The position numbers were made by a program, and so were the translations under genes. A stretch of DNA of 64,000 nt. Origin: Blasia pusilla. Lineage: Eukaryota. The notes under the pieces were generated by a model. It saw only the letters and a list, made by a program, of their open reading frames with translations, was not told where the DNA came from and ran no database searches. Location: NCBI GenBank assembly GCA_050084515.1, contig CM114271.1:15996001-16060000 (forward strand), given 5' to 3'. This document shows positions 39,100 to 55,684 of this stretch, one piece after another (position 1 is the first letter of the stretch; the number at the start of each line of letters is the position of its first letter).

Positions 39100-40200
39100 G
39101 GTCATTTGTGGCATGGTCTTAGGTGGAGTAGGTCTTATAACGACTAAGTTAGTGGCGTCTTCATTTTTTTTATGGAGTTGGGTCACTGTAGCATCCCTCA
39201 TTTGCTCCTGATTTTTGGTTAGGGATAGACCACTACTTTTACAGTACGTTTCTCAGGTTGAGGATGGTCTTTTCCCACTTCAGTCTTCACTCACAACTTG
39301 TAGGGTCTCCCTTCTCGTTGAGGCTAGAGCAATTCTTCCCACTTTCTCTTCTCTAGTTACCTCCGGATATTCTGGGCTTCAATCTTCTTTGATGGAAGCC
39401 TACTTTGAGGCAGTGTTCAGAGCTATTATGTCGGATGGGAATATCCCCATTGGAGGTTCGGGCCCATATCTGCTCTTGCTCCGGAAAGGAAAAACCTCAT
39501 GGGTGGGGCCCCCCCCATCTCGGCTTTTTGCATCGCAGCACTTACCTACACTACAGCGATACGGTTCTGATTGGGCATTCCCCAACCATCGGTGGTTGGT
39601 TCGACATATTGCGAGTGTCGCCAGAGTCTGGATCCACTTTGTGTGCATTTGGCACCGTGTCCAGTTGGGGGTGAGAGGATAGCCACTCATGATGCAGTGC
39701 GGGATATTATGTTCTCTATTGCTCGGGAGAGTGGCTTCCATGTGCAAAGAGAGAGGCACTACTCCATGCGGGATTCCCTTATCCGTGTTGATCTCTACAT
39801 GACGCGGAAGTCTGAGGTGGTGGTAGCGGATGTTGTAGTGGAGAATCCTACGCGGGAGGTGGTGCGAGCCCAAGTGGTGGCACAAGGGAGATTGCTACAA
39901 GGAGCGGCGGCGGCAGAGGCGACGGTAAAGAAGACCCACGTATATAGTCAACTTCATGACGGACATCGATTTATCCTCCTAGCCATTGAGATGTACGGAG
40001 CTATGGGGGAGAGGTTTGACTCGTTTCTTACGCATTGTGCCCATCATCTCTAGTCGAGAAATGGGTTTTCCTTAGCCACTACGATACTTTATTGTAGGCA
40101 ACGGGTCCCCATAGCTTTGCAGCATGCCCAAGAAAATGGGCTTTTGCGACAGGCTCAGGTGGTTGGAGACGTCAATGCGAGAGGGCCACTTAGTAGTGGC
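39100..40200 (+). mobile_element. 3' fragment of a non-LTR retrotransposon with restriction-like endonuclease (CRE-like), decayed
   Basis: CECR...HLAPC zinc knuckle, THDAVRD, RVD, ADVVV, KKTHVY, FILLAIEMYG pattern; upstream LGGVGL. Confidence 0.75.
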
Positions 40201-42880
40201 GATAGTTCTATAGGTGTTATCTCTGCCGTTGGTTGTTGGGGGGGAGGCCCCTTCTGTCTCTTCGGGGCCGGTTTTCGTCTGCGGGTTTTTTGGCTCTCTG
40301 TGTCCCCCCTCCTTTGTATCCCGATGGGTTTTCTATCCCAATTTCTATTAAAGTTTATATTCTTTCTTTGGTGTAGTGGCATCCTTGGAGAGGTTGGCCC
40401 ACTTTTGGTGGGACTAGTGGCATGTTAGAATGCACTTAGTCTTTGTATGGTGCCACTTGGGCCTTTGAGGCTGAGGGGTAGTGTTCTATTGTGGGAGGCT
40501 ATGCCTTCTCCTTCATATATTTGGTGCCTTGGAGGTTTGGTAAAATGATAATTAAAATTTTGAAAGTTAAGATGGGAGGTAATTTAGGATTTAGGGATCA
40601 AACCCTTTGATGCCCGGGGTTACACTAATGTTCCCATCGATTTATCATTCATGACACCTTCTACTCACTCGATTTCTCGTGCTTTTGCTCTCTTTTGTTG
40701 GCCTGGACGTTTCGGTGGGTATTGACTTCCGAGATCTGAGAACGGCGTAGTACGTTAATCCAGGAAGGGAACAGTGCTCAAACTCGGAAATCCACCCCTT
40801 CGCATGACACGTTGGACACAGGACTTCGAATATAAACGCCCACCAAAACATATGCGTAAGCTGTCGAGTCGCTCACTGGCAAGTAAAGGAGCCTCCACAT
40901 TTGACCCTCCGACGACGAAGACAGATGTCAACTCAAGACACTCTACAACTTTCACCCCAGAATGATCTAGAATTTGACCGGTGCATGTAGGCTTCACATC
41001 TCTGTGGAGATGTGGAGCATCTGCCTGTCCTCCGAGCCGAGCTACAGTGGACACAAAGGCACAATTTAGCGGACGGGTTCCAAGAGATGTCCAAGAATGG
41101 AGCAGATGTTGCTAATCTATGTATTCACAGCCCTCTCCACATGTTTCGTTTGTGTGGAAGAGGACTGGAAACATAAATGAAGAAACTTTGAAATAGCTCT
41201 ACAATCATTGCCCACAGATCTGTTCCTCGGTTTCCCACATTTGCTGGGTTAGCGATCCCAGACTCCACGCATGAAACGCGTGGGCGATGATTGTGAAAGT
41301 GTTTAGCAGCCTCTTGATTTTACCCTCCCAATCGCTCTAGTCCAAATTCACTGAATCAGCCTTGTTCTTTCGTTCCTAAGAGCGAATCTTCCGAAAGCGA
41401 CCGAAGGGCTTCGTTTCTTCCACTGCACTGCTCTCAACTCCTAGCAGCGTGTGCAACAACCTCAACCGAGGGACACTCTGGTCCTCATCAAGAGATGCAC
41501 AACTGCTCCTCTTAGAAACAAGTGGCGAGGTACAATGTATGAAATGAGTACGTCTCGGGGATGGCACGAGTTTGGGGTACAGGAAGCTGGTACTGGGAGT
41601 TTCATAGTCTGGGTGAAGAGTTCACTTCAGGGGAGTAGGAGCTGTGATAGCGAAAAGACATGACGTCCGGGATCATGCTGTTTATGCACCGAATCTTTAG
41701 TGTGGTCCACAAGTTCGAACGGCAAAGCGGAACACTGCAGAGCCCTTTGTGTTTCACTTCCCAAGTCAGAGTTGACGTGTGATTCTAAAACCAGTGCCTG
41801 ACTGCCTTCCTGTCCACATAGACACCCACTTTCCAGTATTTGAGGACTGCTAGACTTGGGCGATCTGCACATGGAAGCTGTGGGAATGACGGCATGCCGA
41901 TGCATTAATACTTTAGGTGGGATCCAGGTCTGGCCCCATAGAACCGTCCGTTTACAACCGTTGCTCTGAACATCAATACTTCTTCCGATAGACGCGTTCT
42001 GACAGAATCGTGCGACTGTTGGATTGGGTCCTCCCGTAGGAAGTCTGCTCCTTCCGCCTTAGTTTTGCCTGCTAGGTGTCCTGCCCAGCGCCGTTGGGGT
42101 TGGGCGCCGTTGGGGTTGGGCTTCCAAGTCTGGTAAGATCACGCCGATCTCGGTTGGCTCAAGTAGCCGTGCTCCTTGTCGTTCATCTGTAAAAGTTAAG
42201 AGCGCACTCAGTCCATTCAGCATCGTTAGGAGGTGCGCAGGTATCAGATTGATCATTACATCCGCACCCATCCCATGCCTTTTTTAAGTTGCCTGCAACC
42301 GAGAAGGTTTCTTTCCCGGAAAATCCTTCTACACCCACTGTTACCCAGAGTCGGTCGCGAAGGATAGAAGGACCGGAACAGAAGGGGGTCTGTTAGTGCC
42401 AGGAGAGAAATTGTTCTCTTTAGGGGCCCTACTAACAGAAGGGCCGCACTCTGGTTTGAGAGTGACAACACGAGGATAGGCCCCGGAGTCAGTATTAGCA
42501 TCCATAAAAATGGTGTGAGGAAAAGCCCATAAGAGCACCCGCGGGCTAACTGAAAATGTGAGGATCGACCCAGAAAGACATGTAACATTCTGAACAAGGA
42601 AAAACACTTTCAGCACATTCTGAGGTTGCCGGCTTCGCAGGTTCTCAACAGGAAGGGGTGGTTACATCATTTGTTCCGTCCGTATGCATCGCAATGCTTA
42701 TTTCTCTCTCAAGAAGTGTGCCTCCCCAGGCCCTCCTCCAGATTGTAAATACGTCAAATGTTACGCTATGGAAAAAAATTATCACCACCTCATACTTTTG
42801 GATGGTGTGTGGACTGTAAATAATGCGTGACGGGAAAACTGACAATCCATGAGGTCACCACGCTTTGAATTCAGAAATAA

Positions 42881-46980
<4,100 letters not shown>

Positions 46981-47257
46981 CCCTCCCGCCGTCCAACGAT
47001 CTCTCACCCAAATTCGATCACTCCGCTCCAGAAATCGATCGATCGCTGCACAGAACACGAGAGCGAAGTGATACAGAGAGACCTGTAAACGCCTAAACTT
47101 TGGGCCGTGGGAACGACAGTGGAGGCGCAAGAATGAATAGAGGGACCAATATCGGGTGTGGTGACCGACAATTCCTGAGCAGGCAAGCGTGCGAGCGTTA
47201 CCGGCACCCGAAATTCACTAATGAATGCCTCCCACACTCGTTTTGCACAAACGGGGC

Positions 47258-47363
47258 GCCACGTATTGTTCAGTACTCGATACAAGAACATCCTGCGCAA
47301 GTGAATTTAAATGAATTCGCACTGAACGGCCACGTATTGTTCAGATCTTGATACAAGAACATC
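47258..47363. repeat. 35-bp direct repeat (71-bp period) upstream of AspAT
   Basis: GCCACGTATTGTTCAG...GATACAAGAACATC at 47258-47292 and 47329-47363. Confidence 0.8.
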
Positions 47364-48477
47364 GTGCTCCGGGGTCATTAACCGCCAAGGCTTATCCGCC
47401 CGGCGTGACGGCCGTTATCGTGCACGCAACGATATGCCTTAATTGTTTTGGAACTTACACGATTTTCTTCTTTTATTTAATATAATTCATTTTCATCTTA
47501 GATGAGAAGTTTGGATAGATTTTAGAGTGCACTCTCACAAGCTCAATTTTAACCTTTTTATTGTCTTTCATAGTTCATTTATATTATTACTGGAGAGTGT
47601 TTTGTTTATTTACAAACTTATGTCCGTTTACAAACTTATGTTTTGTTTATTTACAAACTTATTTACAAACTTATGTAATTTTGTTGCCCAAACACGTGGT
47701 ACTTGGGCAACAAAATAAAAATTTTACATGGACACCAAGAAAAAAAATTAGTCCCTCACTCCCGGCCCATGGGAAGGGGTGGACACTAGTTTATTATAGA
47801 AAGCATTCACACTTTTAAACTAGATGAATCATAATTGGTCAAAGATCTATGCATAATTAAAAGTTATGTTATTATGAAATTTTCATCTTGAAAAACTTTG
47901 TCCTTGATTTTTTTTTAATTTTATCATATAAATATTTCAAAATGTCATTTTCCACATGTCTTCCACTCTTATAGGCAATTGATGATATAAATAATGGGGA
48001 ATCCCCTTATTTGAAAAAATGAAAATTTACTATCCTCTTTTTGAAAAAAAAAATTTTAAGAAAGAATTTAAGGAATTGACCTTGATTCGGGAAACATGAA
48101 ATTCCCCTTTTCCTTTCCCATTTACAAAAGAAACACCCTAATATTATTTTCAAAAAAAAATCTCCACTATCCGACTTCCTCATCTTTGATCCAAGATTTT
48201 AAACATTTTTAGAACGTGGGGAATTGATGAATAAAAGGGAGCTTGGGTGGGATTTGAAGAGCGGAAAGAATTTTTTTAAAAAATTTTAAACCTCATACTA
48301 GTAAGAGTCCTCATGGTAAAATCAATATAAGAACTAAATATAAGTAAGAGATTTTACTTAATTAAACTTGTAGTAGGATAGGAAAAAGACATGTAATTTG
48401 TTACGACGGTTCTTGAAATTGTGCACTCATAGGCTACCCATGCTTGCACTTCCCATAGAATGGTGGGAACATAATGA

Positions 48478-51400
48478 TAAGTGGTAAGGTGCCCGTGCGA
48501 TGCACATGTGAAGTAAGATAGTACTGAGGGAACGTGCGTTAGACTTCAAATTTTATTTCATCCCAATATTTCTTTGTATACAACGTTTCGTTTGTAGTCA
48601 CCTTCCTTGTTTGAATGTTCGTCACTTCCAATGGTAATGTGGATGGAAATTTTCTTCCCTATATATAATATAAAGTATAGACCGAGACATAATGCTTGCA
48701 TTTATGTCGTCCATGTCTTTATTTCTCAAAGGTCAAAAATTTTGTATCTCTCAAGAAATCAATGTTATGGAATCAGCTAGGAATATTGCCATAGATCAAA
48801 TCAATAAGATTACATATCTTGTTACTTTTAGTAACAATTTCAAAAGGTAATCGTATAAATTCTTCTCCCATATGAGGGTGCAAAAGTACAGAGCCTTCTC
48901 CCACTTCCAATAACCAATCAACAAAAGCTTGTTGTTCACTACGCAAATGACCTTCCAACCTTTGAACTCGCATATTTGTTGTCAACTTCAAGACCTTTAC
49001 ATTAGACCAAAGAGATGACCTCTTTATAGTGGCTTGGATGATTTGCGGCCGATCCCCATAACGAAAAACTGGCAAAACTTGACGAAAATCACCACAAGTT
49101 TTCCACCAAATGGAAATTGTCGTAGATCATCCAAAACAACTCCCATAATATTTTGTAAAGTTCGATTCACGGCCTTCAATGCATGACGATGAGCCATAGG
49201 TGCCTCATCCCATATAATGAGAATCGCATTACGGATTAAGCGCGCTCCATCACTATCAACTGATAAACTAGAAAAAAAAAACAGAAGTAAGTTAGAAGTT
49301 GTAATACTTGGATTAATAGAATGTTATGCAGGTAACATAATTAGAGCTAATTAAAAATACTACTTGCACTTACTTGCAAGGAGAGCTTTCATTAAAATTG
49401 ATGAGGATCTTGAAGCGCGAATGAGCACTTCGTCCTACTTCAATAGAGCAGCTATCCCGAATGACGCTACAGCCAAAGCTATACCTCTTGCACTCCTGAC
49501 ACTCGCAAGGAGAAGATTCTATAAAAATATTTTTCCCGTTCCACCTAGACCATCGATGAAATTTTTTTTGGAGATGGTGGAGCAGTCACGCATGTTTGAT
49601 CAAGCTCATCATGTATAGTGTCCCAAATAATACATTGTCCTTCATTTAGACACGCTTCTCCCAATTGCACTCGCTCAAATAATTCTTCAATATTATATAA
49701 TAACTCTTGTTCCTCCATATTTGATTCTGAACAAAGGCTTTCAAAATTAGCTTGGGGCATGTCTGGAAAGTCAGACAATCTCTTTCCTTGATCTTGTAGA
49801 TAATAATGCACTTCTAACAATGTAGTATTAACAATCGCATCATTAACGGGAAGATTAGGAATCTCTGTTTTCTACAATGAAAGAGTTCCGAAAGAGGTCA
49901 AAATTATGGTTAGTATGTTGAATTTTTCATAGAAGATACTATTAGGATCAAAACGAATGATGCAAGAAGTGGTATTGATCAATTCTTACCTAACGTCGTT
50001 CATGTAAGATATCTTCTACTAGTGGAACCAAGAATTGACTCCATAGTGTAGCAGGTTGAGCATGTGTGTTGTACGCTAGAATAATTGCAAATAGACGGCG
50101 AGGTGAAGAACCTGTACAGATGATAGAAGTTTCTTGAAAGGAAAAGAACACCTCCCTATCATCCTCAAGAAGTCTTAGTTGAATAGCATCTTCCTTGAAT
50201 GTTGGACGTAATACCCCTTGAACAGTTCTTAAGCATTTGTATGTTGTTGCTCCTCGAATATGATGGAGGAGCAATCTCAACCAATGACATTCTCCTTCAT
50301 CTATGAAAAAGTTCAATAAATTAGGCCACATTCCAAAAAATATATATCGCTTTAGAGGATAGTATATATTGCAAATATACATAGAACTTTTACGTGGATG
50401 AGTAAGGTATAAGCGGCCAATGGGATGGCCACAACCATTTACATTCCGTACCCTGCGAATCCATTTATTGTTGCTCCAACAATAATATGAAGGAAAACTT
50501 AAATATAGATATTTTGGGAATTTGAATCAGATAGATTGGTTGCAAACCATTGTGTCAAAGTTGTCGCTCTTTTTTGTTGCATAATATCTTTTGGAGCCTC
50601 AACATCATTAAAGTAGACTATTTGTTGCTCTGGAAGATGAACTGCTAATCCCACAATATTTGGAAGTTCAGCATGTAGACCAAACTTAGAGAGACGATAA
50701 CATGCCTCGGAAGAAGATATATATCTGCAAAAGTAAGAATTCCAAGTATTAGAGTAAGAAGAATAAAATGAAGTTCCTAAAAAATAATAAAACATTAGAA
50801 AATTCAATTAGAGAAAGCATACCTCGCATCAAGATATGACGTTGTCTCGTCAATAACGTCAATTGTGTTGGATATACCCATATCCTTTGACAACTTAAAT
50901 GACACAGCATTAGAGCCCTTATAAACATATTTGTATAAGTACTTGACGGCAAAAACACTACTCGTGATTTCCAAATTAATGTGACAATCAAAGAGGGTGC
51001 ATAATATAGGATTATAAGGCACAACCCAACGATTGTTCAATGAATATTCTCCCTTAATTATCCCCCTCCCATTCTCCAATCTACAATAGATCGGATAGCC
51101 ATCTTCTGTCTCTATAGTGTTGGCCACAAAAGCTTAAGGATAGCCTTTTGTACACTTCTTTGTTTCCTTATCCATACATGGTGCATTTCGATTTAATGGT
51201 CCACATGGTCCATGAACCATGCAATTAGAAACGGTAGAAAACAACCTTGGATGGGTAGATTGATCAGGAATTTCTGTTGAAATAATACGATCATAATCTT
51301 AAGTAGTACGTGGTTTATCCTCTCGATCTAAAATAATAAGAACGTGCACATGTTGCAAACCTCGTATTTGGAATTCCACCACATAGATGCACCCTGCAAC

Positions 51401-52813
51401 TTGACCCAATATCTGCTTCTTGATGATAAGTCGTAACAACTCCTTCTTTTTCTTCTAAATAACCCACAGAACCAAATCTGGTCGGTCCGCGGCAGATTGG
51501 CCACATAATAAAGCGGATGTAATCTCCTCCCACTTTGGATCGCATGTCATGGTCAAAAAGTAGTCAGGCTTCCCCAAATGTCTTACGATTGCCATTGCAT
51601 CCTGATACAATCGATGCATATGACGTGGCCCACCAGTAAAAGAAGAAGGTAGTATTATGCGTCTCCCAAACCTTTGACTATCCACATCTTGTCGATGCAT
51701 GGAATCCTTTACACCTTGATATAATTCGGCCCTTAACTCCTTTTGATTTAATCGAATCCATGATAATCGTTGCATCTCCACAGTGGCATAGAGGTCAACC
51801 TTATATTCTTGAGTAAGTGGACCAAACGGCAATAAGTGATTGTCATCCTCTTCTCCAATCCGCGTTTGAAGTGGAAAACATGGAAATTGCAAGGCTGTAA
51901 CGCTCTATGTTCGTCTTTCCTCCATAATATCACCATCAACTCTTTCCTCATCCATGCAATCATCCAAAGGTTCAAAGTGACCCTCCTCCCCATGGATAGT
52001 GAGGCCCAATCCTTGGGATTCTCTGAAGCCTTCAATTCTCCCAAAGGGTATTCCAGGATGCCAATCTGCTTCACCATAGAGAAATAATAGAACAAAGTAT
52101 AACGGAATATATGCTTCATTAAGGTCGAGTATTCGCCTCACACCTCCTCCATGTAGTCATACAATAATATCACGATGATCAACATGCTCACTTCCATCAC
52201 CGGGCAATATAGCAGCAACTTCTGAAGCAGTTGGTAAATTATAACACATCAACTACTCAGCTTCAACTTCTGTAATACTCCAAACACCACAACAATAAAT
52301 GTCGGAAGTTGAAGCCTAGTGTCTGCAAATGCATGCATGTAAAGTAGTCCTGACGCTTCCTGAGCAAGTGAGTGATTGTCGAGAGCACAAAAACTTGGGA
52401 GTTGTGTAATTCGGACGTCAACAATAAATAGTCAACTCCTGCAAGTCCTTCGTGGTTTTACGACCCCAGTGACAACCTTGTGACCCCCCCCCGATGTTCG
52501 AAAAGCCAGAGGGCCTCCTATGATCGACGGATCCCCTTGGTCCAATAGATCGAATTGTCAAGGACAGCAATTTGAATTTGTACAAAATTGTTAAATCAGT
52601 GCGGTGCATTTTTCGGAACCCTAAACTGCACATTCCAATGGCTCTGAACGGCACGCGTCACACGTCATGTCCTCCAAACCTCAAAAGCCCTTAAATGCCA
52701 CATGTCAGAAGTTCCTCTATTTGCACCAGGAACTATCTTTAGTTGTCGAAAAGAACACGTGTCAGACTATGGGGCGTTTGCACATTGAGAGGCCACTCTC
52801 TTAATAGTATAGA
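48478..52813 (-). mobile_element. Helitron with decayed, intron-containing Rep/Helicase
   Basis: 5' A|TCTATACTATTAA at 52813; ILPSSFTGGPRHM, EFQIRGLQHVH (HUH), YLYKYVYKG, GGTGK, IWDEAPM, NVVYKEI; degenerate 3' hairpin GTGCATCGCACGGGC at 48491-48508 then CTTA (expected CTRR). Confidence 0.9.
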
Positions 52814-54843
52814 TGAAACTCTACCTTCGCTTTGAAAAAGTCATATCTTCTTAATTATGAATCAGGGAGAAAAGTAGTTATTGGTTCCCTTTCTAATCCT
52901 CATTTCTCAATTAAGAAATGAAAATAACTTATTTTTTGATAATTTTTTCTATCAAAGATATGATTTTAAAACTTCCTCCTAACCAAACTTAAAATTTTTA
53001 AAATGACGCAGGAAAGAAATAACTTTCATCATTTTGAAGAATAATTATTGGCTCATCCCTTCTCTTATCATCCTTTTTCATTCTTTTCCCAATCTAGTAC
53101 TTAATTTTCCCTCCCATGCAAAGATAATGCAAATGAAGGAGACTTAAGAATATTTCATGAATATTTGAGAATTTTAATATCTATAATTTTTAATTAAATT
53201 TTCCTATAAATAATAAATCCTCATTATCAAATTTAATTTTTAATAATATTTTTATTTTCATAAATTAAAATTTTAATTTGAGGGATTTTTAGGAAAAATT
53301 CATTAATATTTGATATATCAAGATATATATAATATTTTAAAACTAAAACTTGATATTTTACGAATTTCTCCTTCTCCATTTAAAAATTTAATTTAAAATA
53401 TATTTAAAAATTTTAATTTTAATTTGAGAATAATAATGACCATTAGTGAAACATAAGAACGTTTTATGAATATTGGAAAAACTAAACCATGAATTAGATT
53501 ATTTTTTAAAATTAAAAATTAATATAATTACTATACTTTTTCTCTTCATTGTACTTCTTAATGTAAGATAAAATAAATCCAAGAGCTTGAATTTATCTTG
53601 ACGCCTCTCCCACATGTCATTCAATAAGAAGCATCTCATGATGAGACGACATCTTTCATTAATTGAAAAATATGTGAATTAGAGATCATATATGTGGCTT
53701 TAAAAGGTGATGACTCCAAGCCCCCATACAAGGGCAGCTTTGAGTAGCCATAATATGCCATAGTTTATAGTTTACAATGCACACATAGTTTATAGTTTAC
53801 AATGCCCTAAAGTATGATATTATATATTTTTAAACAAGAACAAGGGAATTTCCATCTCGAGGTTGTGTACTAGATGTGTTTCATCTTTGGATGCATAATG
53901 CATAACGATGCTAAAGAACGATGCTAAAGAACAATACTGGCAAGAGTAGGAAGATTTTTTACAATTGAATGATTATGAAAATTTTCAAATTTCTATTGTT
54001 GTATATGGCAACAGGTTTAGTTTTGAAACGCAAAAATCCTGTATTAAAAATATATTTTATTCCCATAATTTTATATATTTTGTGATCACTAATTGTTCTT
54101 GAGTTTTTAAATAGATTTAAAAGCTAAAACTCCCAAAAATGTGAGAGGCATAATCAGACCACAAGCTTACTCACCAACTTAAATTTAAACTCATCAATAA
54201 TCTGCATGCATATTGATATCCCACTCACAATAAAATTTATCAGCCATTTTCCAAAAATTTGAACAAAGAATTCCTTTTCATTCTCTATTTATCCCATCTA
54301 CCTCATATATTATGGTCTTCACATACATTTCTTACTAAAATATATTTTAATGAAAATATCCATGATATAAGGCATACATAGATATTTTTGTTCTTTTGGT
54401 ATTTATCAAATTAAATCCACTTCCCAAAAGAGAAAACTCACTACTCAAAAATTATGTCAAACTTCACAAGTTCAAGCATGAACATTTAATGTTCAACTCG
54501 AATTCAATATGCAAAAAGTTGCCCAAAATTACAAGATGCAAATGATTGAGTCTTAAGCACTAGTCAAGTGCGAAGACCATAATCTGCCCGGGCTTCGCAT
54601 TGAAGCGGCGTAGGGAAGCGAGTACCCTGAGCAATGTCGGGCGTCGGTTTTAGGACTGGTATCCCCGGCGGCGGGAGACCTCGGTTATTGGCAAAGAGGG
54701 ATGGGGGGGTCGTGACGAAGTCGTTTGGGCCCCATCCCCGTCCATTGGAGGGACGGACAGGATAGTCAACGACGTCCGGTGGAGAGACGGACGGCTTCAA
54801 CGTGCAACGGAATCCGTCTCTATCTTCTCATGGACGGAGACGA

Positions 54844-55607
54844 TGTCGTGCGCATACATATCGCTACACAACATACATCGCTCGTCACATCTACACCACA
54901 CAACACCGATCTTCCCCAAACACGGGTCGATCCACACATGTACAAAAATCAACTCATACATATACATGGAGATCATACAAAAAAAATAAAGAGTAGTAAA
55001 AACGGCACACCCGGCCTAAAACTCCACTCCTCAATCTACATCGGCATATCGAGCCTTGTCCACCCTGTGCTATCAAGGAATCCGGACGCTAGCACCCTAG
55101 TCCTAGCTCACACACATACAAGGGAGGTGCTCCAGCGGCCCAACATGAGAAACACCCTGTGCTTAGGAAAGCCATCTTCCTCTCTAATATAGGGTTGGGA
55201 AGAGCCAAAAGGCTCTTCCCCTAAAAATAGCGCTCCCCTTGGTAACCTGCGCGCACAGGTTACCAGGGGCGGATGACCTGGTCAACAAGTCATCCGGTTG
55301 TAAAAGACCTCAACATGAAAGTTTTTAGAAACGACGTTCCTGACACAATGGACCTATCCTCAACCTCATCCGACACCGTGGGACAAAGTTACACTCAAGA
55401 TAGTCCGCTGGCTCCTACGCCCTATCCACGATAGATCTCGGCCTATCGGCCTACTCGGATGTGATAATTTATCGATGCGCATACATATCGTTACACAACA
55501 TACATCGCTCGTCACATCTACACCATACAACACTGATCTTCCCCACACACGGGTCGATCCACACATGTACAAAAATCAACTCATACATATACATGGAGAT
55601 CACACAA
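54844..55607 (-). repeat. Split terminal block B1 (55607-55470), inferred A2 (55466-54981), B2 (54980-54844)
   Basis: About 137-bp near-identical direct repeats; PPT AGGGGGGCGG immediately upstream of B1. Confidence 0.88.
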
Positions 55608-55684
55608 CCGCCCCCCTAGCTGGCAGTTGGATCCCCCCAACTCCAGATAGAAAATATCACATCTCTCTGACATGACCTACTACC

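Noticed and set aside
40640-42700. Additional gene downstream of AspAT
   Set aside because: Moderately GC-rich, but only short ORFs with no recognisable domain or consistent exon chain
47600-47790. Small non-autonomous Helitron (TTTACAAACTTA repeats, GC hairpin then CTAGT at 47786)
   Set aside because: Hairpin is imperfect and no 5' TC end could be assigned
52820-54560. Functional element in the AT-rich tract
   Set aside because: Only short tandem duplications; no ORF or terminal structure
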